Notes: generated by a model from the sequence alone, not told the origin. A stretch of 64,000 nt of DNA from Dehalococcoidia bacterium (GCA_030649945.1 JAUSFE010000104.1:97383-161382), one strand, 5' to 3'. Numbered from the stretch's first letter, positions 27,888 through 38,283 are shown. Translations and numbers: made by a program.

Positions 27888-28307
27888 TTACGCCGGGGCC
27901 TCAGGTTCCAGGCGGCGGATGCCCTCGAGGCGGTCGAAGTCCGTGTCCCAGGTGTAGATCTCGGTGATGCCGCTGGCGCGCATGAGGGCGGCGTTGAAGG
28001 CGTCGGCGAATGAGATGCGCTTCTCAGCGTACAGATCGAGCGCGCGGTGATACGTCTGCTTACCCGCCAGGCGGAGGCCGCGGAGCGAGAGGAGACCGGC
28101 CATGTCGTCCCTGATCTTCGTTCTGGGGACCCCGTAGCTCTTCTCTAGAATGAAGACAGCCTCGAAGACAACCATCGGCGAGACCGCCACCTGTTCTTCA
28201 CCTCGCTCCACGCGCAGGAGCAGGGCCAGGGCACCGGCGGCCTTCTCTTCGTCATCCCGTGTCAGGAGACGGATGAGGATATTGGTATCGAGGAAGCGGA
28301 GCGCCAT
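27888..28307 (-). CDS. vapC: PIN-domain VapC toxin
   Basis: FLDTNILIR, E, SFADA and YTWDTDFD. Confidence 0.92.
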   Translation of the reverse strand: MALRFLDTNILIRLLTRDDEEKAAGALALLLRVERGEEQVAVSPMVVFEAVFILEKSYGVPRTKIRDDMAGLLSLRGLRLAGKQTYHRALDLYAEKRISFADAFNAALMRASGITEIYTWDTDFDRLEGIRRLEPEAPA

Positions 28308-28309
28308 GA

Positions 28310-28567
28310 TCAGCGCTCGTCCTCAGACAGCGCTTCCTCCGCTACTCCCTGCTCGAACTCGTCGCGCAATCTGCGAAAGTCCTCGGGCCTGGTCCGCGGT
28401 TGTACCGAGCCGTACATGTCCAGGATCCGGGACTTAGACTTCCTGAGCGTCGCGGCATCCCCTTCGACCTCGAAGCGGACCTTGTCGCGGGGCTTAAGGC
28501 CCAGGCGTTTACGGACCTCGGCTGGGATCGTTACCTGTCCCTTCGTGGTAATGGTCGTCTCTCGCAT
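28310..28567 (-). CDS. AbrB/MazE/SpoVT family antitoxin
   Basis: ITTKGQVTIPAEVRKRLGL motif; directly upstream of vapC. Confidence 0.92.
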   Translation of the reverse strand: MRETTITTKGQVTIPAEVRKRLGLKPRDKVRFEVEGDAATLRKSKSRILDMYGSVQPRTRPEDFRRLRDEFEQGVAEEALSEDER

Positions 28568-28644
28568 AGATACCTCGCAGCGATTGTAACACACGGCGTG
28601 CAAGGTAATACCAGCAGCGCTGCGAAATCTTTCGGCCGGCCGGC

Positions 28645-28681
28645 CTACAAAACAGAAGCGCCCTGCCGTTGGCAGGGCGCT
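28645..28681 (-). terminator. Intrinsic terminator of the ferritin-like gene
   Basis: 11-bp perfect stem AGCGCCCTGCC/GGCAGGGCGCT followed by TCTGTTTTG on the minus strand. Confidence 0.75.
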
Positions 28682-28709
28682 CCCGCCGCCTCGGAGGGGG
28701 TATGAGGCG

Positions 28710-29795
28710 TTAGTTGTCGAGGAACTGCCGCAGCATCGGGCTCATGCGCTGGCGGCGGTCGCCGAGGCCGGCGACGGTGAGGCGGTGCATGTACTCGTTG
28801 ACGCGTTTCTTCTGGACCTGCATGGACATCTGGATGCCCTTGTCCAGGTTCTTGACGCCGCCGGCCATGAGGATCGCCAGCGCCTCGAACAGCGCGAAGT
28901 TCGTGCCATCGCTGTTCATCGGGTCCGGCACCAGGGTCGTCTCCACCTTGTCCAGGTAGTGGTGGATCTCTTCACGGCGCCAGGGCTCGTTGTCCATCAC
29001 GTACTTCAGGTGCATGACGCCGAAGCCCAGGTGGCGGCTCTCGTCCTGGCCGCACATGCGGAAGATGCGCTTCTCGGCGTCGTTCTGGCCGATGTATTCG
29101 CCCATGCGGAACATGGACTGGACGAAGCCCTCGGCGGCCACGTGCATGATGGCGGACATCTCCGTGAAATCCTTGGCGTCGATGATCACGCGCAGGCCGT
29201 CCTGCGGGAGCGAGGAGAGCAGGCCGCCGCCGTTGGCGAAGGCCCGCTTGCGGAAGACGTCCAGGTGGCGGGCCTCGTCCATGATCTGGCTGAGGAGGAA
29301 GAGCTTGACCTCGTGGTGTTCGCTGTTGATCTTCGGCAGCCACTGGCCGGGGGTATCGCCGGCGATGAACTCGACCTCGGTGAGGAAGGTGCAGAGCTGG
29401 CACATGGCGCGCTCAATGTCGTCCGGCAGGGGCTGGATGCCCTCCCAGGGGATATCGGTGGCGGAGGACCACTGGCGCTGCACGGCCTCTTCATAGAGGA
29501 GGCGGGTGTTCTCCGAGTAGACGTCCGCGCGGCCGGCGTAGGCGCCCGGGACGCGCATGGCGTCGTGGCGGGGCACAGAGCCGCGGACGCGGGCGGCGCG
29601 GTTATCGGACTGGACCGGGACCTCACCCGCGGGGCCGATCTCGATCTCGTCGAGGGTGAGGCCGCGCTTGCCGGGCTTGGCGCGCATGCCCCAGGGATGG
29701 CCGTTCTCGTCAAGGTTGAGCCAGGTCAGGTCAAGGGGAGCCGGCTCAGCTGACTCCTCACGCAGTTTCTGCAGGGTATCAACGTCAATTGCCAT
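28710..29795 (-). CDS. Ferritin-like di-iron domain protein
   Basis: E...DEARH and E...DESRH di-iron motifs; TTGACA-N17-TACAAA promoter at 29851-29879. Confidence 0.85.
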   Translation of the reverse strand: MAIDVDTLQKLREESAEPAPLDLTWLNLDENGHPWGMRAKPGKRGLTLDEIEIGPAGEVPVQSDNRAARVRGSVPRHDAMRVPGAYAGRADVYSENTRLLYEEAVQRQWSSATDIPWEGIQPLPDDIERAMCQLCTFLTEVEFIAGDTPGQWLPKINSEHHEVKLFLLSQIMDEARHLDVFRKRAFANGGGLLSSLPQDGLRVIIDAKDFTEMSAIMHVAAEGFVQSMFRMGEYIGQNDAEKRIFRMCGQDESRHLGFGVMHLKYVMDNEPWRREEIHHYLDKVETTLVPDPMNSDGTNFALFEALAILMAGGVKNLDKGIQMSMQVQKKRVNEYMHRLTVAGLGDRRQRMSPMLRQFLDN

Positions 29796-30036
29796 GACTC
29801 GGATCCCTTCCTCTCTCGCGCCGTGTCTTAGCGGAGACTAAGCTAAGGGTTTTGTACCACGAAACGCCCGCGCTGTCAATGGAATTCCCCACAGTTATGA
29901 GGGGGAAAACATTACAGCCCTCACCCCCCGTGGTGTGGGGGAGCGGATGCGGTGTTGGGGGACGGGTCCACTGGAGCGCACGGGTTCGCTGTTGGCGCAC
30001 GGGTTGCGACCCCTCTGGTGCTAAACTGGATGCGCG

Positions 30037-30366
30037 ATGCGCGAACGCAAGCGCTGGGAGCACGGCGACATCACCGGCGAGACCCGCGGCGATTTCACGG
30101 ACTGGGACAACCCCGAGGACGAAGAGGACCCGGAGGACGCGCCGGAGGGCTACTATCCTCCTGAGGCGGACCGGCGCGGCGACGAGGAGGACGACTCCTA
30201 CGTGCCGGGCCCCGGCGACCCGGACTATGACCTCTCCGAGGCGGCGGGCTATGCCGGCTGGAAGTCGCCGGGCCGGACGGGCGTCCTGCCGCGCTGGGTC
30301 ATCGTGCTGGCGTCGCTGTTGCTGATCCTGGCGATGCTGACGCCGCTGCTCATACGGTTGAGCTGA
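30037..30366 (+). CDS. Hypothetical acidic protein with C-terminal TM helix
   Basis: D/E-rich ORF with strong codon bias; TAAACT 9 nt upstream. Confidence 0.7.
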   Translation: MRERKRWEHGDITGETRGDFTDWDNPEDEEDPEDAPEGYYPPEADRRGDEEDDSYVPGPGDPDYDLSEAAGYAGWKSPGRTGVLPRWVIVLASLLLILAMLTPLLIRLS

Positions 30367-30500
30367 CGGCGGCACGCCCGGGCGGAAAGCTACGCGGGAA
30401 TACCTGGATGTGGGGCGATACCCGATGGCGTGGCCGCGGGCGGCCGGAGTATCTTATGGAGCACGTATGGAGCACGGGCGGGCCGGAGGGAGAGGTACAG

Positions 30501-32156
30501 ATGGACAACAACGGCTGGGACGCGATCGTCATCGGCTCCGGCCTCGGCGGACTAACCGCCGCCGCCTACCTGGCGACCAACGGCAAGCGTACGCTCGTGC
30601 TTGAGCAGCACTACGTGGCCGGCGGGAACACGCACGTCTTCCGGCGCAAAGCGCAGCACGGAAAGCTGCAGTTCGAGTTCGACGTCGGCGTGCACTACCT
30701 CGGCGACTGCGGACCCGACGGCGGAATCCCGACGATCCTCCGCGGCGTGGGCCTGGGGGACAAGGTCGAGTTCCTGGAGCTGGACCCGGAGGGGTTCAGC
30801 ACGCTCATGTTTCCCGGCCTCACCTTCAAGGTGCCGAAGGGCTGGGACAAGTACCGCGAGCGCCTGGTAGCGGCGCTCCCCGACGACGAGACCGGCCTGC
30901 ACCGCTGCCTCGACGTGCTCGAGGGCATGGCCCAGGAGTTCCGCAAGATATCGTTGCCCGTGAAGCCGGAAGACGTGCCGCGCATGATGCAGGAAGCCCC
31001 GAACTTCATGCGCTGGGGCATGCGTACCCTGGGGGCGCTATTCGACGACTGCGGGCTCGGCCAGAAGGCCCGCGCCGTGCTGACCGGAGAGTCGGGCGAC
31101 TACGCCCTGCCGCCCTCCAGGACGCCGGTGCTTCTCCACGCAATGCTGACTGACCACTACATGCACGGCGCGTTCTACCCCAAGGGCGGAGGCCAGGTGC
31201 TGCCGGCCCACCTGGTGGACGTCGTCCGCGCCAACGGCGGCGAGTTGCGGACGAAGGCCCGCGTCGAGCGCATCATCGTGGAGGACGGCAAGGCCCTGGG
31301 CGTTCGCCTGGCTGAGGGCGAGGAGATCCGGGCGCCTATTGTGGTCTCCAACGCTGACATCAAGCGCACGTACATGGAGATGGTGGGAGAAGAGCACCTT
31401 TCCCCCGGCACGGTGTCTCGCGTGAACCAGTGGCGCATGGCGTTGCCCATCTTCTGCGTCTACCTGGGACTGGACGTCGACCTGAACGACCGCATACCGA
31501 ACACGAACTACTTCCTATTCACGGGCTTCGACAGTGAGGGCATGTACCGCGACTGCGAAGAAGGCCGGATGCCCACGGAACTGTGGACGTACATGACTGC
31601 CGCCTCCGTCAAGGACCCACACACAGAAGCCATCGCGCCCAGGGGTCACTCCGCCGTCGAGATCATGACGCTGGTGCCGGCGGACTACCGCCTGTGGGCG
31701 ATCGAGCAGGGGCCGGCGGCGGGAGAGAAGTACCACCGCAAGCCGGAGTACCGCTCCTTCAAGGAGCAGCTAACGGAGGCGATGATCAACGCCGCGGAGC
31801 GCGTGATCCCGGACATCCGGGAGCACATCGTCTGGAGGGAGGCGGCGACGCCGATAACGCAGGAGCGCTTCACGTTCTCGACCGGCGGCACGTCCTATGG
31901 CATCGAGTTGTCACCGGGGCAGTTCGGACCTTCCCGGCCCGACCCCACGACGGAGATCGAGGGGCTGTACCTGACGGGGGCGAGCACGGTCTTCGGCCAC
32001 GGCATCGCCGGCGTGATGCGAGGAGGCGTGGGAACCGCCGCCGCCGTGCTGCACCGCGACCTGATGTCGGAGGTCTACGCTGGGCGCGTGTTTGGCGACC
32101 CGTCGAAACTGACGGCGCCGGGGCCGGACTGGGATCCCTGGAAGGCGAGCCGCTGA
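30501..32156 (+). CDS. Phytoene desaturase-family FAD oxidoreductase
   Basis: IGSGLGGL dinucleotide motif; FDVGVHY, YPKGG, ATP.T and GLYLTGAS. Confidence 0.9.
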   Translation: MDNNGWDAIVIGSGLGGLTAAAYLATNGKRTLVLEQHYVAGGNTHVFRRKAQHGKLQFEFDVGVHYLGDCGPDGGIPTILRGVGLGDKVEFLELDPEGFSTLMFPGLTFKVPKGWDKYRERLVAALPDDETGLHRCLDVLEGMAQEFRKISLPVKPEDVPRMMQEAPNFMRWGMRTLGALFDDCGLGQKARAVLTGESGDYALPPSRTPVLLHAMLTDHYMHGAFYPKGGGQVLPAHLVDVVRANGGELRTKARVERIIVEDGKALGVRLAEGEEIRAPIVVSNADIKRTYMEMVGEEHLSPGTVSRVNQWRMALPIFCVYLGLDVDLNDRIPNTNYFLFTGFDSEGMYRDCEEGRMPTELWTYMTAASVKDPHTEAIAPRGHSAVEIMTLVPADYRLWAIEQGPAAGEKYHRKPEYRSFKEQLTEAMINAAERVIPDIREHIVWREAATPITQERFTFSTGGTSYGIELSPGQFGPSRPDPTTEIEGLYLTGASTVFGHGIAGVMRGGVGTAAAVLHRDLMSEVYAGRVFGDPSKLTAPGPDWDPWKASR

Positions 32157-32159
32157 GCC

Positions 32160-32183
32160 GCTCGGGCTGAAGGCCCGAGCTAC
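32160..32183. repeat. REP-like hairpin (TGAAG loop, CTAC tail)
   Basis: GCTCGGGC-TGAAG-GCCCGAGC-TAC between convergent genes. Confidence 0.7.
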
Positions 32184-32431
32184 GAGAGGGGTTCGCCGGC
32201 GGGAGCAACGGCGGCGGGCTGCTCCGCGGCGCCGGGCGCAGTGTCCTCCGCTATCTCCACCTGGATGTACGGGGCGCCGTAGCGGTCGCGCATCACCTCG
32301 GCGGCGGTAACGCGCCCGCGCAGGAGCCTCCTGTCGCTATCCCAGTAGGACATAATCTGGCCGACCAGCGTGGGGGCCAGCACCTTGATGCCCTTCTCGT
32401 CCATGGCGAAGCGCAGCTCTTTCGTGGTCAT
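32180..32431 (-). CDS. Small hypothetical protein
   Basis: 83-aa ORF with good codon bias; TATGAT box upstream. Confidence 0.65.
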   Translation of the reverse strand: MTTKELRFAMDEKGIKVLAPTLVGQIMSYWDSDRRLLRGRVTAAEVMRDRYGAPYIQVEIAEDTAPGAAEQPAAVAPAGEPLS

Positions 32432-32728
32432 CTTGCAGGCACATCATAGCGGAGCGGGGGCGCAGAACCAACCGTCGGCGCGGGAGTGATAGGGCCGGAT
32501 ACCTGCCGGGCGGCAGCGAGACGGGTGAGCGGACGGGGTTTCTCCCGCGGCATGCGGCGCGCTATAATGGCAGGCGGCAACCCCGCCGCCCCGCGATGTG
32601 GCGACGAGGGGTCTCGGCCGTTTCGCTTGAAGCGCCAACTGAATACGCAATGTGTCTTTCGTCACCGGGTGTGAGGCGGCAGCAGTGGCGGCGAGAGTAT
32701 TGCCCTGGAGTTTGATGGAGGACGGTTT

Positions 32729-33847
32729 ATGAAGGTCCTGCAGATCGCCCCCCTGTGGGAAACGGTGCCGCCGGGCGCATACGGTGGCACAGAGGCCGTG
32801 GTTCACGTGCTGGTGGAAGAGCTGGTGCGCCGGGGACACGATGTCACCCTCTGGGCCTCCGGAGACTCCCGCACGTCCGCCCGGTTGCAATCGTGCTTCC
32901 CGCGCAGCCTGCGCACGGCGCACGACCTGGAGTGCAAATCCGTCTACTCGTGGCAGCACGCGGCGCTGGCCCTGAAGGACGCGGCGGACTACGACATCAT
33001 CCACAACCACGGCGGCGAGGAAGTGATGGCGCTCTCCCACCTGGCGCCGGGCGCGCCGATGCTGACGACGATGCACTGCCTGATCACGCCGGACACGAGG
33101 TTCGTGTGGGACCGCTACAGCGGGTACTACAACACGATCAGCTGGGCCCAGAGGCGGGCGATGCCGGAGGTGGCGGGAGGCGTGTTCGCCGGCGTGACGC
33201 ACAACGGGATCGACGTGGCCAGCTTCCCGTACGCGGAGAAGAAGGACGATTACCTGCTCTTCCTGGCGCGGATTTCGCCGGAGAAGGGGCCACATCTGGC
33301 CGTGGAGGTGGCGCGCCGGACCGGGCGGCGGCTGATTATGGCGGGCAAGGTGGACCCGGCGGACTTCAACTTCTTCCTCACGGCCGTAGCGCCGCTGATC
33401 GACGGCGACCAGGTGCGATTTGTGGGCGAGGCGGACGCGAAGCTGAAGCGGCAGCTGTACAGGAACGCCTACTGTGTGCTGAACCCGATAGTGTGGGACG
33501 AGCCGTTTGGCCTGGTGATGGCGGAGGCGCAGGCTTGCGGGACGCCGGTGCTTTCGTTCAGCCGCGGCGCTGCGCCGGAGATCATCCGCGATGGCGTGAC
33601 GGGGTTCCTGGTGGAGGACGTGGAGCAGATGGCGGCGGCGGTGAGTCGGGCGCCGCAGATTGACCCGCGGGCCTGTCGCAGCCACGTGGAGCGGCACTTT
33701 GATGCGCCGGTGATGGCCGCTAGCTATCTGCGGATGTATGAGTCCATCCTGCACAGCAGCGCCGCCCAGAGCACCCGGAGCGCGGCGGCGGGCCGGGCGC
33801 TGATGGTGCGTGAAGCGAACGGCGTTGGCTCCACGCAGGTAGCCTGA
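32729..33847 (+). CDS. Glycosyltransferase family 4
   Basis: VPPGAYGGTE, RISPEKG and EPFGLVMAEAQACGTPV. Confidence 0.93.
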   Translation: MKVLQIAPLWETVPPGAYGGTEAVVHVLVEELVRRGHDVTLWASGDSRTSARLQSCFPRSLRTAHDLECKSVYSWQHAALALKDAADYDIIHNHGGEEVMALSHLAPGAPMLTTMHCLITPDTRFVWDRYSGYYNTISWAQRRAMPEVAGGVFAGVTHNGIDVASFPYAEKKDDYLLFLARISPEKGPHLAVEVARRTGRRLIMAGKVDPADFNFFLTAVAPLIDGDQVRFVGEADAKLKRQLYRNAYCVLNPIVWDEPFGLVMAEAQACGTPVLSFSRGAAPEIIRDGVTGFLVEDVEQMAAAVSRAPQIDPRACRSHVERHFDAPVMAASYLRMYESILHSSAAQSTRSAAAGRALMVREANGVGSTQVA

Positions 33848-33882
33848 CGATCAGACCCTCCAAGCGACCCCCGACAGGAGCG

Positions 33883-36126
33883 GTGGAAGACCGCGCGCGT
33901 CTCTCGGGTGCGCAGCCGGCATCCGGCCTGCGGCTCCTGCCCGAAGCGGAGCCAATGGCCATCCAGGACATCCGTGATGCCCTGGTGATCCGCGAGCGCG
34001 ACCTTTTCCTGCTGACAGACACCGCCGGGGAGGTGCCGCCCGGCAACACGAACGGCTACGGCATGTACCATCGCGATACGCGGTACCTTTCGGGATACCA
34101 GTTCACGTTCTCGCCGGTGAAGCCGCTGATGCTCCTTTCGACAGCGGAGATGGGGTACGGATCCGAGCACGTACTGACCAACCCGGCGATGATAGACTTG
34201 GCGAACCGCCGCGTGCCGCGGGGGACCGTGCAAGTGCGGCGGCTGCGGGTGGTGGAGGACGCGCTGGAGGAGCGGCTGTGGATCGTCAACCACAACTCGT
34301 ACCCGGTGGAGCTGGAGCTGATGTTCCAGTTGGCGGCGGACTTCGCGGACATCTTCGAGGTGCGGGGATACGAGCCGTCCCAGCGCGGCGAAGCGCGCCC
34401 GCCGCGCTGGGACGGCGCCACCCTGACCATGAGCTACGAGGGCCGGGACGGGCGCACGCGTCAGACTGTGGTGCGGTTCTCCTCGCCGCCAGCAGCCACG
34501 CAGACGGAGGTGGACGGCGCGTGCGCGCTGTTCCGCGTGTCGCTGGCCCCCCAGGAGGAGACATCGATTTCCCTCGTAATCTGCGTGGACGGGCGGCTGG
34601 AGACCCGTACGGGCGAGCGGGCCGGGATCGCGGCCGGGCGCTACCGCTCCTGGCTGGGGGGCGCCACCCGCATCTCGTCCGACAACGCCTTCCTCGATAC
34701 GGTGATCGAGCGCTCCCTGGGAGACCTGCGGATGCTCTGGAACGACGACGGCGCGGGGCCGGGCTACCCGGCCGCGGGGACGCCCTGGTTCGACACGCTG
34801 TTCGGCCGGGACACAGCCATCGTGGGCATGCAGACGCTGGCGTTCAAGCCGGAGATCGCGCGGGACGGACTGGCCTCCCTGGCGCGCTACCAGGGGAAGA
34901 AGTTTGACTCCTGGCGAGACGAGGAGCCGGGAAAGGTCCTGCACGAGCTGCGGCAGGGGGAGCTGACACAGACAGGAGAACTGCCCTTCTCTCCCTACTA
35001 CGGCAGCATCGACTCCACGCCGCTGTTCCTGTGGCTGGCGGGCGAGTACTACGAGTGGACGGGCGACCTGGAACTGCTCTCGCAGCTGGAGACGAACCTG
35101 CGCGCCGGGCTGCACTGGCTGCGCCACTACGGAGACATGAACGGCGACGGGTACATCGAGTATGAGAAGCGGTCCAGCAAGGGGCTCGTGAACCAGGGCT
35201 GGAAGGACTCCGCGGACGCTCTGATCCACAAGGACGGGGGCTCTATCCAGCCGCCCATCGCGCTCGTCGAGGTGCAGGCATACTCATACGCGGCACAGCT
35301 GAAGTTGGCGCCGGTGTTCGAGGCGCTGGGAGACGGGGAGACGGCGGTGGCGCTGCGGGCGGGCGCGGCAGAGCTTGGGCGGCGCTTCAACCGCGACTTC
35401 TGGGTGGCGGAGGAGAACTGTTACGCCCTGGCGCTGGACGGCCGGGGCAGGCCTTCCGCCGCTGTGACATCGAACGCCGCCCACGCGCTCTGGGGCGGCA
35501 TCGCCGGCAGTGGACAGGCGGCGCAGACGGTGAAGCGGCTGATGGCGCCCGACATGTTCTCCGGCTGGGGGATACGGACGCTGACCTCGCTATCGCCGTG
35601 CTTCAACCCGCTCGGCTATCACCTGGGGACGATCTGGCCGCACGACAACTCGATAGCGGCGATGGGGTTCAAGCGCTACGGGTTCGAGACGGAGCTGAAT
35701 GTGCTGGCGAGCGCACTGTTCGAGGCCGCGCGCATGTTCCCGTACTACCGCCTGCCGGAACTCTTTGCCGGGAGCGAGCTTTCACCGCACCAGACGCCGG
35801 TGCCGTACCCGGTGGCGTGCCGGCCGCAGGCCTGGGCGGCGGGCTCGTTCCTGTTGATGATGCAGGCGGTGATGGGCCTGCGCGCCGATGCGCCGAACCG
35901 GACGCTGTCCATTGTGCGGCCGGTGCTCCCGCCTTTCCTGCAGCGGCTGCGGGTGGAGGGGCTGCGGGTGGGCCAGGCGGCGGTGGACCTGCTGTACGAG
36001 CGGCGGGGCGCGCGCACGACGGCGCGGGTGCTGGACGTGCGGGGCGACCTGCGCGTGGAGAAGCTACGGCGCTGGCCGCTGCCGGGGGCGCAGGAGCGGC
36101 GGCGCACGCCGGCCGCCAAGCCTTGA
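33883..36126 (+). CDS. Amylo-alpha-1,6-glucosidase / glycogen debranching family (GDE_N + (alpha/alpha)6 barrel)
   Basis: AGTPWFDTLFGRD, EEPGKVLHE, YYGSIDSTPL, NQGWKDS, YHLGTIWPHDNS and PQAWAAG. Confidence 0.92.
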   Translation: MEDRARLSGAQPASGLRLLPEAEPMAIQDIRDALVIRERDLFLLTDTAGEVPPGNTNGYGMYHRDTRYLSGYQFTFSPVKPLMLLSTAEMGYGSEHVLTNPAMIDLANRRVPRGTVQVRRLRVVEDALEERLWIVNHNSYPVELELMFQLAADFADIFEVRGYEPSQRGEARPPRWDGATLTMSYEGRDGRTRQTVVRFSSPPAATQTEVDGACALFRVSLAPQEETSISLVICVDGRLETRTGERAGIAAGRYRSWLGGATRISSDNAFLDTVIERSLGDLRMLWNDDGAGPGYPAAGTPWFDTLFGRDTAIVGMQTLAFKPEIARDGLASLARYQGKKFDSWRDEEPGKVLHELRQGELTQTGELPFSPYYGSIDSTPLFLWLAGEYYEWTGDLELLSQLETNLRAGLHWLRHYGDMNGDGYIEYEKRSSKGLVNQGWKDSADALIHKDGGSIQPPIALVEVQAYSYAAQLKLAPVFEALGDGETAVALRAGAAELGRRFNRDFWVAEENCYALALDGRGRPSAAVTSNAAHALWGGIAGSGQAAQTVKRLMAPDMFSGWGIRTLTSLSPCFNPLGYHLGTIWPHDNSIAAMGFKRYGFETELNVLASALFEAARMFPYYRLPELFAGSELSPHQTPVPYPVACRPQAWAAGSFLLMMQAVMGLRADAPNRTLSIVRPVLPPFLQRLRVEGLRVGQAAVDLLYERRGARTTARVLDVRGDLRVEKLRRWPLPGAQERRRTPAAKP

Positions 36127-36157
36127 CCGTCGCAGCGGCAGCAATCATAGTTGTCGC

Positions 36158-36925
36158 ATGACTTCACGGGACAAGCCTCTGGAGGGGCAGGTGGCGGTGG
36201 TGACCGGGGCCAGCCGCGGCATCGGACGGCAGATCGCTATCGACTTTGCGAAGGCGGGGGCAGACGTGGTGGTGACGGCGCGGACCTCGGAGGCGGCTCC
36301 GTCCAGGCTGCCGGGCACGATTGAGCAGACGGCGCGCGAAGTCGAAGCGCTGGGCCGGCGGGCGCTGGCGATCGCGACGGACGTGACGCGGGAGGACCAG
36401 GTGGAGGAGATGGCGCAGCGCACGCTGAAGGAGTTCGGACGCTGCGACATCCTGGTGAACAACGCGGGCATCAGCGCTCCGGCGCCGTTTCACGAGACGC
36501 CGCTGAGGCGCTGGGACCTGGTGCTGAACGTGAACCTGCGCGGGCCGGCCATGTGCATGCAGGCGTTTCTGCCGCAGATGATCCAGCGGCGCAGCGGACG
36601 CATCATCAACATCTCGTCGTTCCTGGCGGAGGTGATGCTGCCCGGGATGGTGTCTTACTCCGTATCGAAGATAGCGCTGGAGAAGCTGACGCAGTACAGC
36701 GGGCAGGAGCTGCAGCAATTCCAGATCCCGGTGAACGCCCTGCGCATCGAGCTGAACATAGCCACGGAAGGGTGGATGTTCCGCAACCCGGGGATGGACT
36801 TCTCCGGGTGGGACAGGCCGGAAGCGGCGTCCGAGGCGGCGCTCTGGATGGCCACTCAGCCGGTCTCCTGGACGGGCAAGGTGGTGACGATAGGCGAGGT
36901 GCGCGCGGCGCTGGGGCGGGGTTAG
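36158..36925 (+). CDS. Short-chain dehydrogenase/reductase
   Basis: TGASRGIG, NNAG and YSVSK. Confidence 0.93.
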   Translation: MTSRDKPLEGQVAVVTGASRGIGRQIAIDFAKAGADVVVTARTSEAAPSRLPGTIEQTAREVEALGRRALAIATDVTREDQVEEMAQRTLKEFGRCDILVNNAGISAPAPFHETPLRRWDLVLNVNLRGPAMCMQAFLPQMIQRRSGRIINISSFLAEVMLPGMVSYSVSKIALEKLTQYSGQELQQFQIPVNALRIELNIATEGWMFRNPGMDFSGWDRPEAASEAALWMATQPVSWTGKVVTIGEVRAALGRG

Positions 36926-37191
36926 CCGCCGCCCCCAGGTTTCGCCGCAGGTTCTCGCTTGCTCGCCCCACTTCGCCGCCCGGTTTAGCCACAGATGGAC
37001 ACTGCGGCGCCCCACTTCGCCTCCACCAGTTTAACCACAGATGGACACAGATTCTCACTGATTGTCCGGGGGCCACCGCATCCTCCCCCCTTTTGCCGCG
37101 GAGGAGCGCGGATTCTCGCTGAACTTCCCGCGCCTGCGGCGCGCGTTCCCCCCTCCTTCCTCCTTCCTGCTTCCTCCTTCCCGCTTCCCGC

Positions 37192-38091
37192 CTACTCCGG
37201 CCACATCTCGCGGAAGGCGTACCACTGCTCCGGGTAGCGGCGGACGAAGCCCTCGAAGGTGGCGGCGAGCCGTTCGGTCAGGCGGCGGGCGTCCTCTTCG
37301 GGAGTGAGCTTGCGGTCGGAGAAGAGGGGCGGGCAGATGTGGGCGATGAACCTGCCGCCGGGGCGGCGCGCGGCGAGGCCGAAGACGATGGGGGCGCCGC
37401 TGAGGCGGGCGAGGCGCGCCGGGCCGGCGGGGAAGACGGTGCGCCGGCCGAAGAAGGTGACGGGCACGACGTCGGGGACATCGAGGCCGGCGTCCACGAT
37501 CAGTGCCACCATCTCCCCGCGGCGGAGGGCACGCAGGAGGCGGATGCCGGCCCGCTGGACGGGCAGCAGGGTGATGCCGGCGTCCGCGCGGGAGGCGACG
37601 GCCCAGTCCATGAAGAACTGCGGACGGATCTGCTGTGAGACGGCGGTGATCTTGAAGCCGAAGTGGACGGCGAGCTTGGCGGCGATCTCTGTGCTGCCCA
37701 TGTGAGCGCTGACGAAGATCACGCCCTTGCCGTGGGACTCCGCCGCCGCGAAGTGCTCCTCGCCTTCGATCTGGAGGCGGTCGAGGAGGGTCTCGGTATC
37801 CCAGCCCTGGACATGTATGAGCTCCGCTATGTAGCGGGCGAACTGGCGGAAGCAGGCGCGCGCCAGGCGCTGGACGGCGGGGTCGTCCACGCTGCGGCCC
37901 AGGATGCGCGCGTAGTTGCGGCGTGCGGTCTCGCGCGTCCGGGGCCGGGTGTAGTAGAAGAGGTCCGCGAGGGGGAGAGCAAGGCGGTATACGGCCTCCA
38001 GCGGCACCAGGGGGATGCCGTATTTGTTGAGGACGTAGGGCCAGGGGCCGGGCAGCTCCGGCCGCCAGGAGAGCAGGCGCCTGAGGGTCAT
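37192..38091 (-). CDS. Lysophospholipid/lipid A-type acyltransferase (PatA/LpxL-like)
   Basis: GKGVIFVSAHMGSTE, VTFFG, GPARLA and YPEQW. Confidence 0.88.
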   Translation of the reverse strand: MTLRRLLSWRPELPGPWPYVLNKYGIPLVPLEAVYRLALPLADLFYYTRPRTRETARRNYARILGRSVDDPAVQRLARACFRQFARYIAELIHVQGWDTETLLDRLQIEGEEHFAAAESHGKGVIFVSAHMGSTEIAAKLAVHFGFKITAVSQQIRPQFFMDWAVASRADAGITLLPVQRAGIRLLRALRRGEMVALIVDAGLDVPDVVPVTFFGRRTVFPAGPARLARLSGAPIVFGLAARRPGGRFIAHICPPLFSDRKLTPEEDARRLTERLAATFEGFVRRYPEQWYAFREMWPE

Positions 38092-38208
38092 TCCACCTCC
38101 GGATAGACTTTGGGTTCGTGGAAGATGCTACGCGATGAAGGGGGCGGGCGGAAGGCGGCGGCGGGCGCTTCTGATGCGGGCGCGCGGCCGATATAATGGG
38201 TGGCGGGA

Positions 38209-38283
38209 GCGGGCGTAGCTCAGTGGTAGAGCATCTGCCTTCCAAGCAGAGGGTCGTGGGTTCGATCCCCATCGCCCGCTCCA
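38209..38283 (+). tRNA. tRNA-Gly (TCC)
   Basis: Cloverleaf GCGGGCG...CGCCCGCTCCA; anticodon arm TCTGC-CTTCCAA-GCAGA; encoded CCA; TATAAT upstream. Confidence 0.98.
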
